Below are positions 14,101-26,100 of a DNA stretch of 64,000 nucleotides, piece by piece. The notes below the pieces were generated by a model. That model was given only the letters and a program-made list of their open reading frames with translations, had not been told where the DNA came from and did not search any database. A program made the translations under genes and the position numbers. Numbering within the stretch: the first letter of the stretch is position 1; every line of letters begins with the position of its first letter. Origin of the DNA: Bugula neritina (taxonomy: Eukaryota > Animalia > Bryozoa); assembly GCA_964035545.1 (NCBI GenBank), contig OZ037766.1:1798001-1862000 (forward strand), read 5' to 3'.

Positions 14101-17100
14101 TTCATGTGAAATTAATTAATTATTTCAATAAGTTATCCCAAGTGTAGACTATTTGACCTCCATTTAAGGGCAGTGGTGGAGGAATTGAGATAGCATAGGT
14201 TCTTAAATTTCTCAATAAATTTTTGCTAAGGGAGTGGGTTAAAATTTTTGCTAGAGCAAAACTATTTTGCTACATTTCTAGTCTATAACGCAAGCTTTTT
14301 TCAATTTAACCATTAAACTGTACCTTACCCTTAAATTTAAGGATCTAGTTTTTAGAATTAATGCTATTGGCTCATTTTTAAAAACAAAGTGTGATAAATG
14401 TCATGCATCAGTGTTACAGAGTCTTATGATGGAGTTGTGTGCCCAAAACACTTATTTGGTTGTATTTGGTAGATGCTTTTACAGGGCAATCATTTGAAGG
14501 AAGAGAAATGAAGGTTATAAAAATCACATCTAATAATTCAACAGGAAACAAGTCGGCTGTGTTTGTAGAGGGGGGAGCACATGCCAGAGAGTGGATTTCC
14601 CCCGTATTTGTCAACAACCTGATTTACAAGGTATGTAGGCTAATATAGGAATTTTGTGAGTGGTTAGGAAGTTGCTTGAAGCAGCACCGAGCTGGCGGTC
14701 ACTAAGTGCATTAGGTCAGGGGTCCAGGAAACAACATAATTTTCCAAGCCCCCTTCCCAATTGCTTTTGAAGATTCGAGTCTAATTTAGAATCTGCCAAA
14801 TACCCACAAACCCTCTTATTGTTGATCGTCTTCCCACAATGCCATCTTGTTGTTGTCAGCTCATAGTTGAGTACGGTGCAGACGGCAATGTGAGTCTCAT
14901 GCTGGACAGTTATGACTGGTACATCCTTCCCCTAGCCAACCCTGATGGCTATCAATATTCACATGACTATGTAAGTATACAGAGTAAGTACACAGAGTAA
15001 GTATACATAGTAATTGCACAGAGTAAGTATACAGAGTATCTAAGCAAATCTTCCATCAAATCTTCTTTCAGGTTATTTTTAAAAAAAGTAAGTTGCTATT
15101 TAAGGTGATTATGTTGCGCAGTGTAAGTATATCACACATATACTTACACCTGAAGTGTAAGTATATGACACATGTATGTAGTGTTTTACCTATACCTCCA
15201 CCTGGTGCTATCTTAGGAGAGATACTGGAGAAAGAATCGCGCTACCACCATATTCAAGGGCTGCGTGGGAGTTGACTTGAACAGAAACTTCCCTTCTTTC
15301 TGGATGTGTAAGTTGGAGTTACTTTCCCTTCGCTGCAGTTATCCCTTTTTGTAGCACAAGTCGGTTTGGTTATTCTTACACACAAGTCATCAGTATTTAT
15401 ATATCAAGTTTATTTGTAGATAAGATTGTAAACTCACAAACATTATATATTACGTGAACATAAAATATTATAATCTAGAATGGGCGTACACTGTTTCGAA
15501 TTGAGTCTTTTATTTTCTGATGATAATTTTTATGTCGTAATTAAATTAATTCTGTTGAAGAAGCTGTATATTACTGATAAAACTTTCAGGAGTTCACATA
15601 ATGCACCAAATATAGACAAATTGTCTAATAATTTGTTTCAACATCTTTATAACTATTTTTATCCAATAAGAAACAAGTGACATGATCATGTATAAAATAT
15701 CCTGTAAATAGTATTTAGTTTATTCAAAACAAATGCTCCAGCAACTCACTTGATCAAGGTGACCTAAGATTCATAACTTCTAGCTAGCAGCCTGTGTTCT
15801 GCAAAAAAATTATTTCACAGGAAATGCAAAGTTCTATCCAAAGTTAGTTTTATAAGCACTTTAAAACACTTTCGCCCATCTAAACCATAAAATTTATTTG
15901 TTTAGAGTTGCATGAATGTCAAACTTTCTAACCAAACAGGAGACATGAGCTTGTAGAAGACCTTTCAGGGTATTTCACAAGTTGTATCGGCATTTCAGCT
16001 GACCACGTATATTCAAAACATCCTTGCGAAGACACATATGGTGGCCATTTCCCTGGCTCAGAGCCAGAAACCAACAATCTTGTGAAGTTCTTGCTTGGTG
16101 TCGACAGACTACACGTCTTTCTTTCCTTCCACTCTTACAGGAAAATGATTCTGATTCCGTGGAGTCATAAGATGAAACCGACGACTCATTACTCTGCTTT
16201 AGTAAGTATCAACTTGCCCAGTCATCTATCACAGTCTTCTGAAAAGACTAGCGAGAAAACTCCTGTTTTTAATTGGGTAGAGACTATTACTTTCACTTAT
16301 ACTGAAGCAAAGCGCTTTGATTCACAGAAGCTCCGTTAATAGTTAGATTGTCATTTTTAAAAACATTGATCTGTTCGTGTTGTTACAGAAAATAGCAGGA
16401 ATGGCTGCTGCTGATGCAATAGAGGCAGCCAACGGTGGCAAGTGGGTTGTTGGACTTGCAGGCGAATTGTTATCCTGTAAGTGGAATGTATATATACAAC
16501 TCCCTGCTAGTTACATTGTAGTGTATAGACAACTCCCTGCTAGTTACATTGTAGTGTATATACAACTCCCTGCTAGTTACACTGTAGTGTATAGACAACT
16601 CCCTGCTAGTTACATTGTAGTGTATAGACAACTCTCTGTTAGTTACATTGTCATGAATTAAACAGATCTTTTCAGGCTCAACCTTATAGTGAGTGAACTA
16701 AATTACTATAATTTTAATTGCTATAAAACCTAATGAAACCATATTTTCTTTAGCATACATTAACTGTAATTCACAGAATTATTTTATAAAATTAGACGCT
16801 CATATTGGTAGTTTTTTGATTGACCTCATTCAAATAATGTATTACTCTTTAGTTTGCAAAACAAAGTATTGTAGTAAAACTTTGCGGTTCAATATCTGTA
16901 ACTGGTTGTGTGTTGCCCACTATAAATAACTATTGACCCCATTAACTTCCTATTTATGTTTAGGTGACATACGTCAGCAGGCATTACTCATCTGCCTTGT
17001 GCTGACTATTAGATTTGTGGTCAGGTCATTGTGGTTGGGGTGGCTGTCATTCTTGCCCTACCTGTACGGGCTGGGTTGGTACCCTGAGGCTACCTAGTGA

Positions 17101-20100
17101 ATGTTTACTATGTTTTGGGACACAATCATTATAGCAGTTTATCGGTCTGCTAGGGACCCAGCAAGCTTTTAGATGATTGGACTTTACTGATGCCGTTATG
17201 AGTGTAGTTAGATAGGGCGGGTGAAAGTTAGTATTAATATATTTTATTCTAGTTCACCAATTTTACAGAAAACAAACACTTTACTGGCCAGAAAAGACAG
17301 CATTTTACACCAGGAATATTAAACAGGATGTTTTCTAACTCCTATCATTGGCTACAGCACACTTTCGCAACAAAATCCGGCCAATCACATTGTGGCACAT
17401 TGCCCCCACCCGGCAGGACCATCCCCTGACAAACATCCGGCTGTCCTCAGTCTTCCGATTGCGACACTACTGCGTACCCTAAGCGTGTGTTATTGTGCTA
17501 TAAAAAGGTCATTACCCTGCTGCTATGATTGTATAGTGAGCTCAATCAGTTATTTAATGATGACTATTGGCTGCTGTCGTGTGTAGTTCATTACACTCCC
17601 ACCTTGATTTTTTTGAAATTAAAAAGCGATAATATATGTGTATATACTAGGGTAGATATCTGCATGATTATATAAGAAAATTAGAAGCATGGTTGTATAT
17701 TTTTGTAGCTTAGCGTAATATAGCATAATACCTATAAAACTATCTTTCTGCCTTCTGCAGAAGTACAACCTTTTGAATAGGCCTGTCGATGGTCGCCGAG
17801 TTAAAAATCTGCTTACCTTTGTTATCAATTCCAGCGTTAGCCAGTTTTACTTTCACATTTCTCACCCTATCATCTGAACCTAGCTTGACTTCAGTGATTA
17901 TTCCTATGGTCCATTGATTTCTTGGTAGGTTTTCATCCACTATCATCACTATGTCGTTTTTGTTAACATCTTTTTGTGGCAGCTCCCACCTTTGTCGTTT
18001 CGTGATTTGGCCCAGATACTCATGTCTCCATGCGTTCCAAAAGTCACTAGCGAGCTGCTGCGATTTCCGCCACATCTTCTTACCATATATCTCAGTGTCG
18101 TCGAAGTTTCCAGGTGGTGCTGAAGTTTCTGCTGTCTTAGAAGTGATGAGGTGATTAGGAGTCAGCACGGAAATTCCATGATCATCTAGTGCACTTACTA
18201 TTATCGGCCTGCTGTTGACAGTTGACATTGCCTCATAAAAGGCTACGCGCAAGCCTGTAGTGCTCAACCGGTTTTTATATTTGCCTCCTAACAAAGCATT
18301 TAGCACTGCTTTGACACTACGAATTTGGCGTTCCCACACTCCTCCAGCGTGACTTGCTTGTGGTGTATTGAACACAAATTTGATATGCCGTTCCTGTAGA
18401 TACTTACCTAAAGCAGTGTTTGAGCTAATGGACTCCATTTCTCTCTTCAACTCATTGGATGCTCCAATAAAGTTCGTGCCTTGGTCGCAATAAATTGAGT
18501 GAACTGCCCCTCTAAGACAGATGAATGATCGTAAAGCGTTAATCAGAGAATCTGTAGTCATGTCGTCGAGGAGTTCCACATGCACGGCCCTAGAGTACAT
18601 GCATGTTAGCAAAAGCCCCCATCTTTTTATTTCAGAGCGTCTATCTCTAACCACAAATGGCCCAAAGCAATCCATGCCTATGTTGGTAAATGGGGGTGTT
18701 GGTTGCAACCTAACCGCTGGCAAATCTCCCATAATTTGGGTTTCGGGTTTTCCCCTGAGCTTCTTGCATGTGATGCATGTAGACAGTGTCGTGTTGATTA
18801 AGCTTTTAGCACCTATTATCCAATAACCCGCATTTCTTATTGCAGCTTGAGTGAATGATCGCCCTTGGTGGTGAACTTCACCGTGATAGTGCCGTACAAT
18901 AAGATTGGCTACATGTTCGTTCTTAGGCAAGATGATTGGGTGCTTTTCTTCAAAACTAAGAGCTTCGGAATTTTTTACTCTTCCTCCAATGCGCAGCACC
19001 CCAAACTGGTCAATGAATGGTTGAAGCTTGACTAATGCGCTTTTCTTGCTCAAAAATTCCCCAGCTTTAAGTGCTCTTATCTCCACACTGAAATGTTGCT
19101 GTTGAGTTTTCAGTATGACAGCCGTGCTTGCAGCTTTAAGGCTTTCCTGGTTGACTGGCTTTATTGACCATTTATTTTCAGCTGACTTGTGTATACCTTG
19201 TATTATAGCGATTGAGCGTATTAAGGTGCCCCAGGTAGAAAACTTGGTGAACTTTTGTGTAATGAAGGGAGTGGCAGCAGATGCCAATACTTGGACTTTC
19301 TTAAGTTCCGGATCTGATGGGTCAATAGGATAATTCTTTTCTTGGGGTTGCAGGAGTAGTTTCGGGCTTGTTTCAAGCAAAAATTTTGGGCCAGAAAACC
19401 ACATGGTGCTGGTTAACTGGTCACACCTTCTGCCCCGCGATGCTATGTCTGCTGGGTTTAAGCTGCTCGGAATGTGAAACCACTGTGATGAGCTTGTCCT
19501 TGACTTAATCAGTCGCACTCTGTTGTGGACAAAGGTGTTGAACCGCTTGCTTTCGTTTGTTATCCATGCCAGTGATATTTTGGAATCTGTCCAAAAGTAT
19601 TCGTCAGCAATGTCCATATCTAGTTCTGTCTTGAGAGTCTGACTCAATTGTGTAGCCATTGCAGCAGACATTAGTTCCAGGCGTGGTATAGTAAATAGTC
19701 CCTTTGATGGTATCACTTTAGATTTTCCAAGCAAAAGGGACACATGTACTTGTCCTCTGTTGTTAACCAGACGAATGTAGGAACACGCACCCATCCCATT
19801 TTCACTAGCATCGCAGAAGTGGTGTAGCTCTGCTTGAGCAGTTGAGCCAAAATCTTTTGGTCGAATACATCGTGAAATCTGAATTTCTTCTAAGGCCGGC
19901 AATTGTTCTATCCAGTTTGTCCATAATCTTGAATTCGTATCGTCTATTTTGTCATCCCAACCTAATTTCCCTTCGTTCACCTTTTGTAGAACGAGTTTCC
20001 CTTGCAAGGTGTATGGGGCAAGAAAGCCTAGAGGGTCGTAAAGCTGGCTTACTACTGACAGGATTCCTCTTCTGGTGTCTGGTTTATTTTTTATGTTGTT

Positions 20101-23100
20101 GACAAATTTGAAAGAATCCGTGCTCATTGACCACTGCAGGCCTAGGGTTCTCTGCTCTGGTAGGTTTCCGCTAAACAATTCTATGTCTTGAACCATTCTT
20201 TCTGATTCTGGTAGAGATTCGAGAACTTTTGCGCTGTTGGAGGTAAACTTATGTAGCCTTAAATTACCCTGTCTGCAGATTTCTGTTGCTTCCTTGATAA
20301 GCCCTGTGACTTCAGCTTCAGAACTAACGCTTGTCAACCCATCGTCAACGTAAAAATCCCGCTTTATAAACGATGTTGCTTTGTCGGAGATGTTCCTATT
20401 ATCATCCGCTACTTTGCGAAGGCCATAAGTTGCGACCGCAGGAGAAGACTTGGCTCCAAAAAGGTGCACTTTCATCCGGTATATTTTGGGCTTTCCCTGC
20501 TTGTCATGCCACAAAAATTGAAGATAATCACGATCTTTGGGCTCTACCAAGAAGTTATAAAACATCTTCTGAATATCACAACTGATAGCTATTTCCTCTT
20601 TTCTAAATCGGCACAAAATTCCCAGCAGTGAGTTCATCATGTCGGGTCCTGGTAGTAGATGGTCATTTATTGAAGTTCCTTGGTATTGAGCTTTGCAGTC
20701 AAAAACTACTCTAAGCTTCTGCTTCTTTGGGTGTGTGACAGCAAAATGAGGGATGAACCATGACTCCCCAGGTTTTCTTGACTGTGTCTGATCTACTGAC
20801 TCCGCTAACCCCGTATCAATTATTTCGTTCATGAATTCTGTATATTCTTGCTTAAGCTTTTCATCTTTTTCAAAGCGTCTGTACAACAGTTCTTGTCGTT
20901 TTTGTGCCTGTTGATAATTGTTTGGAAGAATCGGTCTAGTTTTGAATGGTAGAGGCATTTGATAGGAGCCAGACTCTAGTATGGTTGTCTCGTTGTCCAT
21001 GATGCTCAGGAATTTGGCGTCGTCTTGGGACATCCTAAGTAAAGTATCATGTGCTTCGTCGTGACCTTCTGGGGTGGTGGTGATAAAAGCACTTACTTTT
21101 GATCCATGCTTACTTTGCTCTTCAACACCAAACACAGCCCAGCCAAGTTCTGATCTGATTGCATATGGTTGGTTGTCCTCCCCTTTAATAGCTTCTAATG
21201 GAAATGATGCAGCTGAACAGTTAGCTCCTAGAAGTAGCCCAACAGGCACGTCTAATGATGGTGGTAAGGCATTTTCCAGAGAGCGCAAGTGCTGACATTG
21301 CTTGATGTTTATATTGCTTGCAAATGCTCCAGTAGAATTCGGAATGTGAGGCCACTCGTAGGCAGATGCAAGTTTAACTTGCCCACCGAAATACCCATTT
21401 AGTACCAAGTCACCGTACAGACTTATATCTTGCTTCGCTGATTCCCCAGACATAGTTTCCATGTCGATAAGCTTTTTCTGAAGGAATTTGGGTTTCAGCT
21501 TGTTTACTAACGCAGTCGTGATAAATGAGTGATCTGAAGCTGAATCTAGAATCGCGTAAACCAAAATGCTATTGGATGGATTTGATGCGGTTGAAACGTA
21601 CACCGGCATCCCCATGTTAAACAGTTGCATGTGGTCACTTGATTTAGTACTTTTATTGGAGAGCTTAGTACTTACATGGCTTTCTTCCTGTGATGATAAG
21701 GAAGCTCCGGTTTTATCCGTGTTCATATCCGTATGACTTGAGGTTTCTGCTTTTGAGTTAAATGATTCTTGTGAATCTGGGATCATGCTGCTACGCTGTT
21801 GGCTCCAATCTTCTTTTGTTTTATGAAGGCAAGTTGGATGACCTGGCTTGTTGCATTTTCTGCAATTATTCTTGTTCTTCATTTTGCAGATTTGCCATCC
21901 ATGACCGGGTTCACCACAGGCATAGCATAGGTTTTTACTCCTTAAAAAGTTGATTCTATCTTCGTATGGCTTTCCGAATAGCTGGAAGCAGTGCGCAGTG
22001 GGATGTGACTCTAAACAGTTTAAACATGGTTTCTTGCTCACTGCTGTTGTAGCGAATGACCTGATAGGAATTTTTGGTTTACCACTTTGATCTTTGTTGT
22101 TTGCTTGTGTATGCATACGTTTCTGCGATGATGGAGGATTTGATGCTTTGTTGTTAAACAGAGGTAGCGATTGCAGTTCTGCTTCTTCGGTGATGAAACA
22201 TGCAAATTCATTGAATCCGGGGTATCTCTGCTCAGATTTTTAAGTTTGATAAACTTTACCAGCCCACTTTCTCTTAATCCATTCTGGTAGTTTTTCACAT
22301 AGTTGCTCGTTTATTTGTGGGTCGTTAAGTATTTTCAGCTCTTTAATGGATTGCATACCACTCACACATTGCTGCAAATAGTCAGCATACTTTTGAAGAG
22401 CTTGTGCATCTCCACCTTGAACTTTTGGCCACTTGCTTAATGTATCCCTCATTGTCCTTCCTACATCAAACATACTGCCATATCGTTCTTTCAGCTTCTG
22501 TCTTGCGTGCATGTAAGATTGCTCTGTTCTGATATAAAAGTCTCCATTTATGCATTCTCTGGCGCTTTCGCTAAGATATTTTTTAAGATATCTTAGTTTT
22601 TCTGTTCCTCTGACTATGCCTTGCGACTCAAAGAACCCATCAATGTCGCATTCCCAATCAGCGAATAGAAGTGGATCCCCTTGAAAAATTTCGGGTTCTA
22701 TATCGATTTTTCTTGTGTGTTTGATTGACTGCTGAATACAGTCTGCCAGTTGTTGGATTGATGAGGGAGTTTCTTCTGGGATAGACGATGTCATTGTTCT
22801 AGGCCGTGGAGATGGGATTATATTGTAGATGGAAGCAGGTGCCTCTATTTGAATAGGCTGCCTGTTAGTTGTAGAGTTGGTGATATGAGGGGTTATCTCT
22901 TGTTGCTGAGATATTGTTGGAGATAGCGTTGGGAGTGGGATTTGTCTCTCTTGCACATACTTTCTTGGAGCTGGCAGTGGTGAAGCTGTTGGTAAAGAAG
23001 ATATCTCTGGCTGTAGGCATCTTCTTGGAGTAACCATCGAAGAAGGGGTTAATGGGGTTATCCTCCTTGGAACTGGTGTTGGTTTAACTTGTTGTCCAGT

Positions 23101-26100
23101 ACTTCCACGATTTCTACATTTCATGTATTCCTCGAATTTTCTTTGTTCTTCTGCCACAAGCCTTTTCTTTTGTTCCAGCCCTTCTATCAGCTGAGCTTCT
23201 TTTTGCTGTGCTTGTTCTTCCTCTAACTTATTTTGAAGTGCATGTATTTTATTTGAAATGTGTTGTTTTGTTGATTCTACAGCGCTTACATAAGCTTCAA
23301 AATTTAGTAAAATACTGTTCTCTACTGCATTTTCGGACAGCATATTCAGCTTGGCGTAGTCATCTGTAATGACTCTAGCATTTAGTTCAAGTCGATCGCA
23401 GGCTTGTGTCAACTGTTCGAGAGTAATGTTATCAGTTTCTAATGAACTCATTACCTCATCTGCTGCTCGAATTTCTTTATTACATGCAGCATACAATGTA
23501 AATGCAAGCTCATTTTTCTTGCTTTCGATACTAAGATATGAGGGCTTGATTGACCTAACTGGTCTATTGTTTATGGCGTAAGTGCTAGCTGGCTGCTGAG
23601 ATAAACTTTGCTCTAATTCATCGTTAGTCATGTCTAAAATACTATGATGTTCTTCCATAGTGCAAGTGATGCTTTGTTGGTAAACTGCTTTATGATTCGT
23701 AGTTATATATAGGCAGCAGTAGCAGCAGCAGCTTGATCTAGTGTCTATTTATAGTTTTGTTACGCTCTGATTAGTTTGAATGCGATTAGCTTACAAGGTG
23801 GTCGTGAACGAACATAAACACAACAACAGCTCGGTATCTAACTACAACTGCGTCACTACACAATCAGGTATTTGTTATGGGCAGCACTTGAGATAGTTTG
23901 TGGTTTTCTAACAATGATTAATGAAAATGTGATTAAAATGCAAAATAGACTAGGAATTTAGCTGATGTTAATTAGGATAATTGTTGTGAAAGGCCAAAAA
24001 ATGTGTAAGCGGAGGCTAGCAGAAGCCCGTTCCGAATGCGCTAAAGACGGCCGCAGTCGAAGAAAGCAAACCACAAAATGTGACCACCGTAAATATTTGC
24101 AAAAAGTGCGTTAGCCAATGATAGTATGTTGAATTAAAATTCTTAAAAATCCCTGGTGTATATGCTGTGTTCTGTTCAGTTTACAAATTTAATTATAACT
24201 CATAAAATTAAAAGAAAAAGTCTATAATATGACTGCTTAATGTTTCAACTGCTAGCAAGGATTAAACCACAATGAAGTTGTGTGCACAAATAAAAGAAAT
24301 ATACACCTGTTAACTATTCAGGTACTTATCCTAATATACAGAAAAGTATAACCATCTAACAAGCAATATAAACTTGGTATAAAATATGATTAATTAGCCT
24401 GAGTATGTCTTTGAACTCACAAGTTAGAGTTTGAAAAGTTCTTACTTTACTTTTGACTGGTGCTTCTCACCAAGCAGGTTGTGGGGCTCTACGGCGTCTC
24501 CACCAAGCAGGTTGTGGGGCTCTACGGCGTCTCCACCAAGCAGGTTGTGGGGCTCTACGGCGTCTCCACCAAGCAGGTTGTGGGGCTCTACGGCGTCTCC
24601 ACCAAGTAGGTTGTGGGGCTCTACAGCGTCTCCACTAGGAACGTTAGTCTTGACCAAGCCTTCTTAGCCAAAAGACTTCACTATAGCAGTTTATCGGTCT
24701 GCTAGGGACCCAGCAAGCTTTTAGATGATTGGACTTTACTGATGCCGTTATGAGTGTAGTTAGATAGGGCGGGTGAAAGTTAGTATTAATATATTTTATT
24801 CTAGTTCACCAATTTTACAGAAAACTAACACTTTAGCTCATAAGCCAACACCGTGAAGTCTGTAATAATAGTAAAATTAGGGTAAGAACTATAGTTTGAA
24901 TACAGTATGACTGAGTAATATGTAAAATGTAATATATAATATAATATGTATATAATATGAAGCATGACAAGACAAAATGTATTAAAGGCTATTAACGCAG
25001 CACATAAAATAATTGCAATTAATTAAAAACAGATTACAAGAAAAGATAAAAGAGTATTGCGAACCTTTTGTTCTCCTTTAGCTTGCCTTAAACTGGCTTC
25101 TGATTATTGAATAAAGTGTAATAATATAATTATAAAACTCATGAGAGCACTTCATGTTTTAGTGGCTAGAAACACTTTACTGGCCAGAAAAGACAGCATT
25201 TTACACCAGGAATATTAAACAGGATGTTTTCTAACTCCTATCATTGGCTACAGCACACTTTCGCAACAAAATCCGGCCAATCACATTGTGGCACATTGCC
25301 CCCACCCGGCAGGACCATCCCCTGACAAACATCCGGCTGTCCTCAGTCTTCCGATTGCGACACTACTGCGTACCCTAAGCGTGTGTTATTGTGCTATAAA
25401 AAGGTCATTACCCTGCTGCTATGATTGTATAGTGAGCTCAATCAGTTATTTAATGATGACTATTGGCTGCTGTCGTGTGTAGTTCATTACAATCATTGTG
25501 GTAATTTTTAGGGACAATAGTCGTTTATGCAATATGTTTTTGCCTGGTACAGTAACAACAACCAGAGTATATAAACACTTTACAAACTTAATACAATCAG
25601 TTGGCAGCACTCTTTAACAAAACTGTACTTATTATTTTATTCTTCTACTGGTTTGACAATATATTATTTACTGGCACAGTTTATGAAGGACCCAAGAGGT
25701 TAGTTACTTTTATTCATATTATTATCTGAATTATTATTTTATAATAAATTTACTTTATGGTTTTTGTGAGCATTACTTTAATATTTTTAACCACATTTAT
25801 ATGCATGCAATCATTTATATAACTTTTGCCTTTCTTATTTAGTTTTTACCAGCAAGTTTATCACAGCAAGTTTATCAGAGAATTTATCAGCAAGTTTACC
25901 AACAAGTATAACCAATAAACTTCTGCGTTCGGAAATCCTGGTTTAATTCATACGGGGCCAGTAACAGTAAAAACTCTAAGTCTACACCGGAGTTCCAAGG
26001 CAACTCCACTCAAGTTTACAGTAGAAGGTTAAGTCTACTTCAGAGTTCACGGGCAACTCATCTCAAGTCTACAGTAGAAGGTTAAGTCTACTTCAGAGTT

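Larger units (their letters stand above)
17130..25491 (-). mobile_element. Inner BEL/Pao LTR retrotransposon, near full length (8362 bp), inserted in the 5' LTR of the outer element
   Basis: 5' LTR 24682-25491, 3' LTR 17130-17595; TSD ATCAT (17125-17129, 25492-25496); PPT AAGGTGGGAG on the minus strand next to 17595; gag-pol domains in BEL/Pao order. Confidence 0.97.

Noticed and set aside
14164-14334. TTAA-flanked GGG...CCC element (Kolobok-like MITE)
   Set aside because: Inverted match is only about 7 bp including TTAA; too weak without copy-number data.
17392-17586. Identical 64-aa ORF here and at 25288-25482
   Set aside because: Duplicated only because it lies in the two LTRs; antisense to the element, non-ATG start, no recognisable domain.
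22038-22298. Programmed gag-pol frameshift
   Set aside because: Gag and pol are in the same frame; the break is one in-frame stop.
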